A DNA stretch of 64,000 nt from Octopus vulgaris (taxonomy: Eukaryota): the NCBI GenBank assembly GCA_951406725.2, contig OX597814.1:135842001-135906000 (forward strand). The letters run 5' to 3'. Shown piece by piece: positions 1-13,994 of this stretch. Within the stretch, counting starts at the first letter, position 1, and every line of letters begins with the position of its first letter. The position numbers and the translations under genes are program-made. The notes under the pieces are model-generated. The model saw only the letters and a program-made list of their open reading frames with translations, was not told where the DNA came from and did no database searches.

Positions 1-21
1 CTATCTATGTATGTATGTATT

Positions 22-310
22 ATCTTTTATTTGTTTCAGTCATTAGACTGTGGCCATGCTGGGGCACCACCTTGAAGAATTTTTATTGAAATGAATCAAC
101 CCCAATACTGATTTATTTATTAGTCTGGTACTTATTCTATCAGTCTCTTTTGCTGAACCACTAAGTTATGGAAGCATAAACACACCAACACTGGTTGTCA
201 AGTGGTGATGGGAGACAAACACACATGCACACACACACACCAGTTTTCTTTTAGTTTCCTGAACCTGGAACCATGTGGTTGGGAAGCAAACTTCTTACCA
301 CACAGCCACA
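22..310 (-). mobile_element. tRNA-derived SINE, family A (internally deleted)
   Basis: Reverse complement of the family A copy at 16046-16472 (ctggtacttattctatc...cttcttaccacacagccac). Confidence 0.8.
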
Positions 311-511
311 TTTGCACCTTATGTATGCATCTACATGTGTGGGCTTGTCTCCTTGTCTTGACATCGTGTGATGGTTGTGAATGAAAACCAGTCATACAAG
401 CAGTGTCATTCACTTCCAAAATCCTGAATATTCTGCAAGAACATGTCTGGCCATGGGGAAATATAACCTAGCTGGGGAAAAGATGAGCATTGGTGACAGG
501 AAGAGCATCAT

Positions 512-925
512 ATTTCTTTATTGCCCACAAGGGGCTAAACATAGAGGGGACAAACAAGGACAGACAAAGGGATTAAGTCGATTACATCGACCCCAGTACG
601 TAACTGGTACTTAATTTATTGACCCCGAAAGGATGAAAGGCAAAGTTGATCTCAGCGGAATTTGAACTCAGAATGTAACGGCAGACGAAATACCTATTTC
701 TTTTCTACCCACAAGGGGCTAAACATAGAGGGGACAAACAAGGACAGACAAAGGGATTAAGTTGATTACATCGACCCCAGTGCATAACTGGTACTTAATT
801 TATTGACCCTGAAAGGATGAAAGGCAAAGTCAACCTTGATGGAATTTGAACTCAGAACATAATGGCAGACGAAATACTGCTAAGCATTTCGCCCGGTGTG
901 CTAATGTTTCTGCCAGCTCACTGCT
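512..925 (-). mobile_element. SINE family B with ~183-bp internal tandem duplication and ~14-bp TSD
   Basis: tatttcttt..cccacaaggggctaaacatagag...cagacgaaatac occurs twice; flanked by caggaagagcatca / cagggagcgcatca. Confidence 0.8.
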
Positions 926-1073
926 ACAGGGAGCGCATCATGCTGTAGAAAACTCTGCCTCAAATATATTACTTCTGATTCATATAAACATTGAGAAATA
1001 GACATTAAATGAAAATGAGATATCCCCAGCTGTCTTGAGACAAAACTTTGTTCATTAATCGTCTATCTTTAAA

Positions 1074-1287
1074 GTGGTGAGCTGGCAGAATCTTTAGCAT
1101 GTTAGGTAAAATACTTAGCGATATTTTGTCTGTCTTTATGTTCTGAGTTCAAATTCCACCAAGGTTGTCTTTGCCTTTCATCCTTTTGGGCTCAATAAAA
1201 TAATTACCAGTTGAGCACTGGGGTCAATGTAATCGACTTATTCCCTCCCCTGAAATTACTGGCCTTGTGTAAAAATTGGAAGCCATT
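1074..1287 (+). mobile_element. tRNA-derived SINE, family B (exemplar; other copies near 27835-28045, 29200-29390, 31965-32165, 42398-42810, 46157-46370, 56200-56410, 61865-61955)
   Basis: Head ggtgagctggcagaat, B-box-like gagttcaaattcc, conserved core ctttgcctttcatcctttcggggtcgataaaataagtaccag recurring across the window. Confidence 0.8.
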
Positions 1288-1691
1288 AATTGTTTATTTT
1301 TATTTATCCAATCACATAACACGATTCTATCATGTGACATTTTCTGACTTCCATATTGTTTGTCTTTTAGCATAAGCCTATTTACCTAATTGTATGACAC
1401 ATTGACTGTATCAGGAGATGTTTTTTGTACATTGACTCATTTTATGGATTTATTCTTGTCCACCTCATGGCACTTGTTTTTAGTAGTCTTATTCATTTAC
1501 ACCATGGACAATTGGAATTACAGTTTACCATTTTACATTTTGTTTTGGAATTATTACAATATTTTTTGCTCTTTAATAAAATCATTATCTGAACACAATA
1601 TCATTATTCTTATATTATAACAGATGATGATGATGATAATGATGGTAGAGTTACAGTCCATTTGAGTAATCTTCTACACAGTTTCCATCTA

Positions 1692-2017
1692 CATCATCAT
1701 CATCATCATTGTTCGACTGTCGTCGAGACAATGGAATTCACTATGTTACGCCAGACTTCATGGTCCATCATAGCATTACGGAGGTCCTGTTGCTGGATGC
1801 CTGTATCCCTGGAGATTACATGAGGGTAGGAGAGTGTGCGCCCTCTGGTATCGTGAGCAGATGGCTTCCAGAGAAGAGTAGAAATTACCTTGTTTTCATT
1901 TCTACAACAATGTCCAGCAAACTGGACTCTTCTACCTTTCACAAGCGACAATACAGGTGGTAGTTTTCCATATATTTGTACTTTGGTTGGATGACGTTTC
2001 CACGAGAGATTTTGAGC
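1692..2017 (-). mobile_element. RTE-clade LINE 3' fragment
   Basis: ORF 1706-1951: RRVQFAGHCCR...LLWKP...RGR...SRDTG...AMMDHEVWR resembles an RTE C-terminus; followed by (GAT)n tail. Confidence 0.8.
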
Positions 2018-2661
2018 TCTCCATCTACCTAGTCTTTGGCCAATTCAAGTCTTTGGTCAATCACAAGTCTTAGGTCAACCCAAAGCTGTAGCAGAAGATA
2101 TTTACTTGTCCAAAGTGCAGTGTTATAGGATTGAACCTAGAACCAAATGAGTGTGAACTTCTTAAACTATGTAAGCCAATTGCCTATATACAGTACAAAT
2201 GCTGTGACAAGTAGGGGGACATTGTGAGAATTTAATGAAGAGAGAAGAGATTTATAATAGCGGTCTTTTAAAATCACCATGATATATTTAAAGTAAAGAG
2301 ACAATAAATATTTTTTTGAAATTATTTTGTTGATTTTTTTTGTTTTATACAAACACCCACCCACCCACACACACACAAATGAAGAACAAGAACAAGAACA
2401 TGCTAAAAATATACAGAAATCATGAGAAAGTTGAGATTGTTGAATTAATTACTGAAGCAAATTTATTGAGTGTTTCTGTCAGACTTTTGCAGAGAATTGA
2501 TCGGTTCACATCTTATGGTTTTCTAATTCTTGTTTCTTTGTCTGTTGTCAAAAATAGCTTCAGTTATTTTGAGAAAGTTTTGCGTTCAGTGCAGTCTTAT
2601 TTTTTTTTCTTTCTAAAGATGCAGATAATTGGATATCTTTACAGTACAAATGTAAAGATAG

Positions 2662-2695
<34 letters not shown>

Positions 2696-3375
2696 ATGTA
2701 ATCCTCTACTGTACCTGATGAGATGTCAGTCTCTTAACTTATGGTTGTTACCTTCACAAACTATTTACATCAGTATTTTCTGAAGTCTGGAGCCAAGGTG
2801 AAGGAATATGGTTAGTCTTTTGGAAATTTGACAAGAAATCACTTGCATTGAATAAATCTTCGATAGAGTAACATCATGGTAGAGAATAGAAATAAGCTAC
2901 TTGTCATTCTAGTCCAACCTTCTTTTTTGATCCATGGCACAATGAATGAAGGCTCTAAAAATGTCATTGCACTTTTAAAATGTTTTATTATATTGTTTTT
3001 TAAAAAAAGAGTATTAAATTAAACATTTTTTGGTAACAGAGATGGGTTCATGTATTGGGCTTTGTACAAATGAATAGATTTGCACCTGTGTAGTGCATTA
3101 AAAACATTCATTTTTTAAAATAAATATTCAATCATTTTCTAATTTATTTCAAAGAATTTGTGACACACTTGTGGATCATATCTGATACACAATTATATGG
3201 TTCACTGTGCCACAGTTTGTTCTTGACCAATTCTATTTACCTCTCTCACTTACCTAATAATGTTCTTGAGAAAAGCATCAATATAAAATCCCCTTTTTAC
3301 TCTCCTCTAGATCTTAAATATTGTCTTTGTAAAAAACATCAACAGAAACGTAACAAATTATTCAAGTTACCAAAG

Positions 3376-3775
3376 GTGCAGGGATGGCTGTATGGTAAGA
3401 AGTTTGCTTCCTAACCACATGATTCTGGGTTCAATCCCACTACGTGGCACCTTGTGACTCTAGTCCCTGGTTGACCAAAACCTTGTGAGTGGATTTTGTA
3501 GATAGAAACTGAAGGAAACTTGTCATATGTGTGTGTGAGTGTATATACTCCCCTCTACCTTCTGCTTGACAACTGCTATCAGTTTGTTTGTAACCATGTA
3601 ACTTAGAAGTTCAGCAAAAAGAGAATCAATGGAATAAGTGCCAGAAAAGAAATAAATGAATAAATAAATAAATACTTGGGTTGATTTGTTTGACTAATGT
3701 TTGACTAAGCCCTTCAATGAGGTGCCTCAGCATGACCACTAACTGAAACAAGTAAAAGATAAATGATAAAAGACT
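3376..3775 (+). mobile_element. SINE family A
   Basis: ggtgcagggatggctgtatggtaag head, ggttcaatccc B box, gaaacaagtaaaagataa tail. Confidence 0.75.
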
Positions 3776-4789
3776 GTACCTGGTCAGGATCGAAACCTTA
3801 GCTGTCATGTCTGTTTGTGTCAAATGTAAATCACATTACAAACTTTGTAAGTCTTTTCTTTCATGATTAAGATGTTAGAAGTATCAAAACCATTTATTCT
3901 CATACTCCAAATGATATAAATCAGTGGTTCTCAACCATTTTTTGCCTATAGACCCCACTTTGATTCTTATTTTACTCTACTGGAATTCCATAAACATTCA
4001 CTGTACATAAAAAAAGAATCCTACCGCATTTTCATATATATATATATATGATAAGCCACTGGTTTTAATTGATTAAAATCAATTTCTATATATATGTATG
4101 TATATATACTAGCACTCTGTCAGTTATGATGAAGAGGGTTCCAGTTGATCCAATCGACAGAACAGCCTGCTCATGAAATTAACATGCATGTGGTTGAGCA
4201 TTCTACAGACATGTGTAGCCTTAACGTAGTTCCCAGGTTGTGAATTCAAATGACAGTTTGTCCATTGGTATCCAATGATGACAAAGTTGGTGTTCTCAGT
4301 GATGAGAGTGCTGTGACTGTAGTCCAAAGCTGGAAGCACACATGCGCCTGCAGATGCCACAGCCATAGTCTGTTGACAGGACTGAAGTGGATGCTGCCCT
4401 GTGATATCTCTGTAAGAAAGCCATTCACTGTGTTTTGTCATGGAGAAAACATCATTAGTTTGCACCATTTGTCTACAGCAAAAAATTTTCTCCGTGACAA
4501 AACACACAAATGGCTTTCTTAAGGGTTCAAATATGACCTAAGTATATTTCAACATATAATAGCTCATATTTTTTTACTGTAACATTCTTAGTCTTCTTTC
4601 TATATTAGAAGCAGTCATGATGAATGACTAATTTATGATTAAGATCAGTATGAAATGTCATGTGGAATTCATCATCATTGTCATACCACCCCACCCCTAG
4701 CCCAACTATCCCCACCCCCCCATCATCATCATCATCATCATCATTTTCCATGTTTGCATGGGTTGAACAAGATTTCGAGGTAATATTCT

Positions 4790-5255
4790 TTTTTTTTTAT
4801 TTATGTGCCCTTTTCAAGCCTAGCCAGGCTCATGGGCCTGGTTTCTCAGTTTCTGTGGCGTATGTGTTCCCCCCAGCTGGATGGGATGCCAGTCCATTGC
4901 AGCGTTACTCAAGAAACAATAAGAAAGAGTGAGAGAAAGTTGGGGCGAAAGAGTACAACAGGGGTCGCCACCACCCACTGCTGAAGCCTTGTGGAGCTTT
5001 ACGTGTTTTTGCTCAATAAACACATGCACATGGCTGAGCACTCCACATGTGTACCTTTAATGTAGTTATCAGGAAGATTCGGTGTGACACAGAGTGAGAC
5101 AAGGCTGGTCCTCTGAAATACAGGTACTACTCCTTTTTGCTAGCTGAGTGGACTGGAGCAAGGTGAAATAAAGCATCTTGCTCAAGGACACCATGCATTG
5201 CTGGAAATTGAAGTCACAACCTTACGATCATGAGCTGAATACCCTAAACCACACA
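4790..5255 (-). mobile_element. SINE family C (composite)
   Basis: Reverse-complement similarity to 23573-23958 and 23995-24232. Confidence 0.65.
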
Positions 5256-5556
5256 CCTTTACATTGAGAAAAGACTACATCAAAATTAAAATGAATATGT
5301 ATGTTATGTGGAGTTCATCCAGGAAACTAAATGATTTTATTTAATTTTACAGTGGAATAAATAAATATATAAAAATAAATACGTAATTAGAGAAAAAATT
5401 ATTGGCAAGTGAAATTGTGTTTTTGAAGCAGTTATTTAAAAAAAAAAATGACACTAAGTTATATGAATGAAAAAAACAGAAATCTGACTTAAATGATGTA
5501 GTAATTTAATTAGTTTAATATTTGTTGGTATATCTTTTGACTGGTTTTTGTATATT

Positions 5557-5665
5557 ACTTGTATGTGTATGTACACATGTATGTATGTACATACATATGT
5601 ATGTATGTACATACATATGTATGTATGTTTGTATGTATGTATGTATGTATGAATGTATGTATGTA

Positions 5666-5696
<31 letters not shown>

Positions 5697-5790
5697 ATAT
5701 GTGTAGACATGCATATGTATATATACACATACACACATACAAACACACACACACACACACACATACAGATCTGTATGTGTGTGTGTATAT
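5557..5790. repeat. compound microsatellite (TATG)n/(TG)n/(CA)n
   Basis: Direct reading. Confidence 0.9.
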
Positions 5791-6912
5791 GTTTGTATTG
5801 AGTATATTTTTGCAAGAAGTTTCTTGTGCAACTGTATACTGAAGGAAAAAACAAATTCCCGTGGTATTTTGGTTGAGTAATAGTTGCCAAATAATAATTA
5901 GTCTGTATTAAATAATTGGCAGCTATATTTTGTACCAAAATACAACAGTATTACTCTGCACCCTTCCTCTTCTTCCACCTCCTCTTCTTCTTCGTAATCA
6001 TTGTCGTCGTTGTTGTTGCCATAATTGTCATCATCATCATCATCATCATTGTCATTGTCATCGTCATCATTGCCATAGTTGTTGTCATCATAGTTTTAAC
6101 TTTGCATATTAGCATTCTTCAAAATCCTGTGCTGACATATCTGTGAGACTTAAACATCTTTATTCTAACAGCATCACTTCTTCCTAGGAATTTTTTGGCC
6201 TTCTTCTGTTGCTAAAGTCACCTTCTATTGTGAACACACATGCACACACACATGTACACACACATGCATGTATGCATGCATGCACAAAAATACATGCACA
6301 AAAATACATGCACTCCTACACATATAGACACATCCATACCCTGTTTTACATAAATTCTCCTCTGTGGATACGAGCTGAATGTTGTTTTTGCCTAGTCAAG
6401 CTTTTGGACTCATCAATGAAGAAACTGTACTCACTACTAAATACTATTTCTGCCACTAACCACTCAATTATAAAGGATTGGCATGGTTATTAACCAGACA
6501 AACTATTGAAGCAAGTTAATTAAAACTCGCAAATGAGTTGTTGCTAATAAGATTATAATTTTATGACCAATTAACCTCATCTTGAGGGAGGAGAATATTT
6601 TAAATATTTGGATTTATATTACATTTTGATTGGTTGGATCTTCATATAATATTCAGTGGCTGCAGAGTAGGGGGTCAGCAATAGGTTGACCAATGAGATG
6701 CTATCTGTAGTCCTTGGACCTTTTCTAAAAATTTTCAAGTCTAATGTTTTTGTGAGCCATTGAGCAGGTGATGGCTTTTAGATAGTCTTTTGTCTCGTAA
6801 TTTGTTTAAAGTTAGCTTACATAAGCATTGTTAGTAACAGAAACAGGAAGAATATGCAGGGATATTTTTATAAGTTCAAATATGAATTAGAAGCACTTTG
6901 AGATATATAAAC

Positions 6913-7500
6913 AAAATTGAACACATATGCACAAGGGGTGTGTGTTGTTAGTTCATGGGTCAGCTGTATTTTAGGCATAAGAGAATGTAGTGTGATGGAG
7001 TAAAAGGACAACAGAAAAAAGAAGCAAACGGGAGAAAGAAATACAAAAGGCCTTACCTGTTCACCTCAACGGAATGAACGATCACTCTCAAGAAATAAAC
7101 ATGTCTTTGCTCGCTGCTGTCTTTGCTCGAACTGACCACACGTGCTTCCTGCCCACGCATGCCCCATGCCTGTGCCACCGGCCCCTGCAGTGCTCACTTC
7201 CATCTACCTCATCTGCAATCCCCTTCACCAACACCACACAGCTCCATCAAAGCCCATAACACCACCAACACCACAGAGAATATATTCTCAAAGCACCTGG
7301 TGTTAAAAACACTTGAAAGTAAGTGATAGGCAAGTGACTCTGAGAAGGGATTTGGTGTGAGTTGTCTCACTTGCCTATGACTTACTTTCAGGTGTTTTTA
7401 ACACCAGGTGCTCAGAGAATATATTCTCTTATGCCTAAAATGCAGTCGACCCATTAACTAACAACACACACAGAGACATTGTGCATATGTGTTCGATTTT
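6913..7500. mobile_element. Nested inverted-repeat element, probable Penelope-like remnant
   Basis: Outer IR 6913-6989/7420-7500; inner IR 7275-7337/7367-7429; interior translates CLCHRPLQCS...FTNTTQLHQSP, reminiscent of the Cys motif preceding PLE GIY-YIG. Confidence 0.55.
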
Positions 7501-7604
7501 AATTTTATAAGTAAGATATGATATAATATGCATGTAGGCTCTAGACAAATGAAAAAGCCAAAAATGAGCTAGTGTATAAAAAGTCATTGATTACATGTTT
7601 TAGA

Positions 7605-7878
7605 ACAATGGTTCCTGACCCTTTTTGCACTTTGGACCGATTCCATGCAACACAATCCCTTCGTGAACTGGGGAATCATGCACATAATAAGACACATTAA
7701 AGAGCATAATATATGACTTTATTATTAGACATATAATAAATATATGTTGCAAATGTAATACATATATAAGGCAAAAACAGACAGTAGACCAGTGATAGTC
7801 AATAAAATAGAAATAAATTTTAAAATATATTCTTTCTGTGCAGCCTGGTACCGAACGATCTTTGGTCCAGTGCTTTAG
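7605..7878. mobile_element. hAT-like MITE remnant
   Basis: Starts caatggttcctgaccctttttg, resembling cagtggttctcaacc hAT MITE ends (also seen at ~3922). Confidence 0.4.
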
Positions 7879-7904
7879 AAGAGGTAAGAAATATTATCCT
7901 TTGT

Positions 7905-8299
7905 GTGGCTATGTGATAAGAAGGTTGCTTCCTAACCACATAGTTCTGAGTTCAATCCGACTGTATGGCACCTTGGACAAGTGTCTTCTACTATAGCCTA
8001 AAGCCGACCAAAAGCCTTGCAAGTGGATATAGTAGATGGAAAGTGAAAGAAGCCTGTTGTACACACACATACACACACACATGTCTTTGTGTTTATGTTT
8101 GTCCCCCATGACAACCGGTATTGGTGTGTTTACATCTCTGTCACTTAGCATTCGGCAAAAGAGACTGATAGAATAAGTACCAGGCTAAAAAAAAAAAAAA
8201 GGAAAAGGTACTGGGATCGTTTCATTCAACTAAAAATTCTTTAAGATGGTGCCCCAGAATGGTTGCAGTCTAATGACTGAAACAAGTAAAAGATAAAAG

Positions 8300-8300
<1 letters not shown>
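7905..8300 (+). mobile_element. SINE family A
   Basis: gtggctatgtgataag...ggcaccttggacaagtgtcttctactatagcc...gaaacaagtaaaagataaaa. Confidence 0.8.
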
Positions 8301-8333
<33 letters not shown>

Positions 8334-10538
8334 GACAAGCACTTCTTTCAGTTTCTAGTTACTAAATCCACTTGTAAGACTTTGGTGAACCCAGGGCTAT
8401 AGTAGAAGAATTTTGCCTGCATTGCAGCACAGTGGGACTGAACTCAAAGCCACAATAATTGGAAGCAATCTTCTTAATCACACAGCCATGCCTACACCTA
8501 TTCATTATATTCCAAAAATAAAAATGGTGAATATATTTTAATACTAAATCAGCAACCGGAAATTATTGAATATGCTAAAACTGTAATAGCATAAAATGCA
8601 GATAATATTTTAAATACTGATATAGCAACCAGTCAAGTTATAGGATAAATAAAAATATGTAGCATAGCATGTATTGAATATTTATTTTAGAATATCAAGA
8701 CAGCAACTACTAAAGTTATGGAATAGTGGTTGCGATGCAATATATATTATCTTTTATCTTCTATTTTTCACTTGTTCCAGTCATTTGACTGTGGCTATGC
8801 TAGCATGCCATCTGCTGGGGTACCATCTTGAAGGTACCGTCTTGAAGCGGTTTGTTGAATAAATCAACCTCAGTACTTATTTTTTTTTACTATTTTTAAG
8901 CCTGATATTTATTCTATTAGTCTTTTTGGCCAAACCACTAAGTTACAGGGATGTAAACAGACTAACACCAGTTGTCAAGTGGTGGTAGGAGACAAAGGCA
9001 CAAATACACATATACATATACAAAAGACTTTTTGCTGTTTACATTTACCATATCCACTCACAAGGCTTTGGTTGACCAGACGCTCTAGTAGAAGACACTT
9101 ACCCAAGGTGCCATAGACAGGCGAGACCACTTGCTCCAAATCCCATTCAAGAGCAATGGACATTGATGTTTTGCCATTTTTGTGGATCATCAACATCATG
9201 TACTTGAACTGAATTGGAGGCAAATTGAATTGCCAACCCATGAGTATATACAAGTGGTGTACAAACCATTTGCTGGCTGGTATGTTCCTATCATGCATAT
9301 GTTAGAATAAATTCAGATATGAATTAGAAGCAGCTTCTTAACCATGTATAACTATAGTAGTTATTTTGATTTTGTAACAGACATTGTTCTTGTTGCTATT
9401 TAGTTCCTGGCCAGTCCTCATTTAGCAGATCTATGATCAAAGGCATTCCAGTTATGACTGGACTGTCTTATTTTCTTTCAGACACAGTTTATCTAGGACT
9501 AGCATTATTCAATATGTTCTTTCCTTTTTTTATTTAAAGATTCTAAAGTGTAATATGAGGAATATTTTGCAGCTAATTCTTACAAGTGAGTTGACTGTGG
9601 CTATGTGGTATCTTTTATCTCTTACTTGTTTCAATCATTGGACTGCAGTCATGCTGGGGTACTGCCTAGCAGGACTTTTTTTGTGCCCTTTTAAAGCCTA
9701 GCCAGGCTCTGGGGCCGGTTTCCCAGTTTCAATGGCGTATGTGTTCCCCAGCTGGACGGGACACCAGTTCATCGCAGCGTTACTCATTTTTGCCTGCTGA
9801 GCGGACTGGAGCAATGTGAAGTGTTTTGCTCAAGAACACAATGCATCACCCGGTCCAGGAATTGAAACCACAATCTTACGATCATGATGCTGACGCCCTA
9901 ACCACTAAGCCTCATACCTCCACCTAGAAGGATTTAGTAGAACAAATTGCTTCCAATATCTATTTTTTCATTATTACTCTCTTTACCTTATTCTCTAATT
10001 CACTCCTTTGTTTTCCAACTGAGGCATTCATGTATCTGTTCTATAGCAAGGTGCCTATATATGTACCTTCTATACCTTAAATCCCTCAACCCATACAATG
10101 CCACACCCTCTCAATACAACACCCCAATCCCAGTTGAGGGATTTTTGTCTTGCAAGGTTCTTGGTGACTTTGTCAGTGCTGGTGCCACATAAAAAGCACT
10201 GATGCGGGTGCCATTTGAAAAGCACTAGTGATGGTGTCATATAAAAAGCACTGGTGATGGGGCCATGTGAAAGTACTGGTGATAATGCCATGTAAAAAGC
10301 ACCCAGCACATTCTGTAAATAGGAAGGGCATGCAGCTGTAGAAACCATGCCGCAACAAACAATGGGGCCTGGTGCAGTTCTTGGCTTTGCCTGCTTCTGT
10401 CAAACCATCCAACCCATGTCAGCATAGAAAACGGTTGTTAAAGGATAATGATCAATGTCATTATAAGTCTGGTACTAATTCTATCAGCCTCTTTTAGTGA
10501 GTATCAGTTGTCAAATAGTAGTGGGGAACAAACACACA

Positions 10539-10606
<68 letters not shown>

Positions 10607-10879
10607 ACAATGGTCTTCTTTCAGTTTTCCTCTGCCAAATCCACTCAGGCTTTGGTCAGTCATGGAGCTATAGTAGAAGTCACATGGCCAAAGTGCCATG
10701 CAGTGGGACTGAACCGGGAATCAAGTGCTTGGGAAGCAAACTTCTCACCACACAGCCACTCTTGCACTTATATAATGAGGTGTTTTTTCATATCTGTAGC
10801 ATTGAGTCAAATTAATTAAAATGAATGAGCTCATAATAATTAGAGTAAACTCCACAAAGAAATTATAGCCAGAGCAACA

Positions 10880-11271
10880 AACTGGCCTCCGTGCTGGAGG
10901 CATGTAAAAAGCACCATTTGAGTGTGATCGTTACCTGCGTCACCTTACTGGCACTTGTGCTGGTGGCATGTGAAAAAACATTCAAGCGAGGTCGTTACCA
11001 GTGCCGCTGGACTGGCTCCTGTGCAGGTGGCACATAAAAAGCACCATTTGAGCGTGGCCATTGCCAGTACCACCTGACTGGCCCCATGCCAGTGGCACGT
11101 AAAAGCACCCACTACACTCTTGGAGTGGTTGGCATTAGGAAGGGCATTTAGCTGTAGAAACTCTGCCAGATCAGATTGGAGTCTGGTGCAGCCATCTGGT
11201 TCGCCAGACCTCAGTCAAATCGTCCAACCCATGCTAGCATGGAAAGCGGACGTTAAAAGATGATGATGATG
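10880..11271 (+). mobile_element. RTE 3'-UTR fragment / RTE-tailed non-autonomous element with ~65-bp internal repeats
   Basis: Shares aaaagcacccactacactc...ccaacccatgctagcatggaaagcggacgttaa(GAT)n end with LINE 20834-23143; similar copies at 10080-10452, 13140-13601, 14781-14873, 17923-18287(-), 31615-31960, 37394-37637. Confidence 0.85.
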
Positions 11272-11674
11272 AGGAAGAGGAGGAGGAGACTAATAGTAAG
11301 TTGTAGTAGTCTACTCCTAAGCAGAATTAAAATGTGGGCTATACTGGTAGGCTGAAAAGAGGCAGCTTTATCTTGCCTAACAACAGCCAAGATGCTGAAA
11401 TCAATACTGAAAGAGTACTAGAAGGAAAAAATCTCATGTGACCTGTAGATTTCCACTGGAGAAAAAAAATTCTTTCTTTAAGTTTATACAGTATTTTCTT
11501 TATCAAATATGTTTTAGCTACATTTAGGTGTAGACTTGCAATATAATTAAGAATTCCATGTTGCTATCACATGGTTATGAGTTCAGTCCCACTGCATGAC
11601 ACCTAGAGTAAATATCTTCTACTATGCCTTATGAATGCATTTGGTAGACACAAAATGTGTGGAAACCTGTTGTA

Positions 11675-12545
11675 CGAGAGAGTATACAAAAGAAACCAGA
11701 ATTTTGCAATATTATTTTATTCACTTAGTTTTACATGTTTACACTTTTACCACCTTCAAAGTATTCTCCATTTGAAGCAATGCATTGGTCAAGATGCATT
11801 TTCCACTGTTTGAAACAGTCCTGGAACTCTTTCAAAATGATTCTTTTTAACCATCTCTGTCCTTTTTTTCTTCACCTCTTCCGCATCTGCAAATTCCGTA
11901 GCATCAGCTTTTGTCACCAGTGATGACCTTTGAATAAAGGTCTGGATCAACTTCAAATTGTTCTTTCAGTTCACAACACGTATTCAGCTGTGACTACTTT
12001 TGATCTTTCGTGAGCAAGTGAAGCACAAAGTTTGCTGCAACTCTTTTTATTTACAATTCCTCACTCAAAATTCATTAGCAGGAGCTCTAGGACACACCAG
12101 TTATATGAACAAGTTCGTAAATTATTTGGCAACAGTTCTCCTAGATCAGTTCATGAATTTTCATGATATTTTCATTCATTTGGGATGTTGATGGTGACCC
12201 TGAACAAGCTTGGTCTTCAACTGGCAAGTGACCTTTCCTAAAGCACAAAAACCACTCATAAACTTGTGTTTTGGTCATGGCAGCACCCTTGTAAGCTATT
12301 TGAAGCATGACAACTGTTTTGGCTGTTGTTTTCTTCACTGTTCCTTCATTTCAACCATCATAATAATCAACGAAGAAGCACTGCAAAACAAAGATGCACC
12401 ACATGGCAGTATGACCTCACTCAACAATGCCGGTTGGCAGACTGATGCCTGAGGGTTGCATCCAGTGGCTTCTAGTGGCAGAAGCCTGAACTACAACGGG
12501 CTTGTCCCATAGAGGTCTTACTGGTTATTTTTGGGGACCTCCACA
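11675..12545 (-). mobile_element. Degenerate, internally deleted mariner nested in a family A SINE
   Basis: ORF 12141-12338 has AYKGAAMTKTQVYEWF..FRKG...VEDQACSGSPSTS (mariner HTH); TA-cgagagag terminus; SINE halves on both sides. Confidence 0.8.
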
Positions 12546-13952
12546 TATATATGTGGATATATGTGTGTGTGTGTATGTGTATCTGTACATGTGTGTGTGT
12601 GTCTGTTTGTGTATTGCCACCCACCACTACTTGACAGCTGGTATTGGTATGCTTATGCCTCCGTAACTTAGTGATTCAGCAAAAGGGACTGATAGAATAA
12701 ATACCAGACTTAAAACGTGAGTACTGGTGTTGATTTATTTGATTAAACTCTTTAAGGTGGTGCTCCAGCATGGCTGCAGTTCAATAAATGAAACAAGAAA
12801 AAAGATACTATGAAGTATTAGCAACTGAAAATTTACCAAGAAACATTATCATATTTAGTCTTGCCAGATATTTTTAGCATCTCAGTGGTGTTTCCTGATG
12901 GGACCAGGACTTTACCCTTTTTCATATCCTTAATTACTTTATCTACTAAACTATTGTCGATTCAGATAGCCAGCCCCTCTGTTGTGTCCACATTAGGCAG
13001 GCTCTCATTTGCTCCATGCATTTAAGAATTAATATGAATTTGTTGCATAGGAACAAGGCCTCAAAATGAATGGAATGAATATAACCAATTAGATAAACGA
13101 CAGTACTCTTCTGGGATTTATTTTATCAATTCCATAACCATGTACTTCCTCTATAGCAAGACATCTGTTTCTGCCTCTCTGTCTCTCTGTCTCTCTGTCA
13201 CTCTCTAATCTTTCATCATCTGACACAAGATCACCTCCTTTAATGCCCCCACCCTCTCAAGATTCCTTGTCTTGCAAGTTACTTGGTGACCTTCCAGTGC
13301 TGGTGCCATGTAAAAAGCATCCAGTCCACACCGTGAAGTGGTTAGCATTTGGAAGGGCATCCAGCTGTAAAAACCATGCCTAAACTGATCTCACCTGTGC
13401 TGGTGCCATGTAAAATGCACTCAGTCCACTTTACGGGGTGGCTGGTTTTTAGGAAGAGCATCCAGCCATAAAAACCATGCCAAACCAGACACAGAAGTCT
13501 GGTGTAGTCTTCTACCTGGCCGGCTCCTGTCAAACCATCCAACCCATGCCAGCATGAAAGACAGACATTAAATGAAGCTGCTGTTGCTGCTGATGATGAT
13601 GAAAGGCAATGTTGACTTCAGTAGGATTTGAACTCAGTGTGTAAGGCTATACAATTAAAAAAGCACAAGACATTTTGTTCATTATTAATATTAGCCATTG
13701 GATCCTACATAGTAATACATTTCTATTGAATGGTTTATAACAATCAATCCATTGACTTTTTTCATTTCAGTTCAGCTTCCTATTATCTGTTTATAAACAA
13801 TATTGAAGCTGCTTTTCTTTTTATCTCTGTTAGAGTTCTGATTTTATGCACCATTTATTCACAAGAATCCAATCACAATATAAATTGGAGGCAGATAAGA
13901 AGATAATGTAAATTGCTATTTTGACTCCGTCTTTGCAGTCTGTGATTGTGTG

Positions 13953-13994
<42 letters not shown>

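Noticed and set aside
2770-2815. Possible micro-exon (cag|TATTTTCTG...GAATATG|gttagt)
   Set aside because: Weak acceptor, no partner exons, no recognisable protein
4245-4520. Higher-complexity segment with overlapping short ORFs
   Set aside because: Possibly an old LINE remnant, but no diagnostic motif
5454-6146. ORFs rich in YIHT/CVCV/HHHH/IIII (also near 14.4, 16.7, 28, 38.7, 52.5, 59.6 kb)
   Set aside because: Translations of microsatellites
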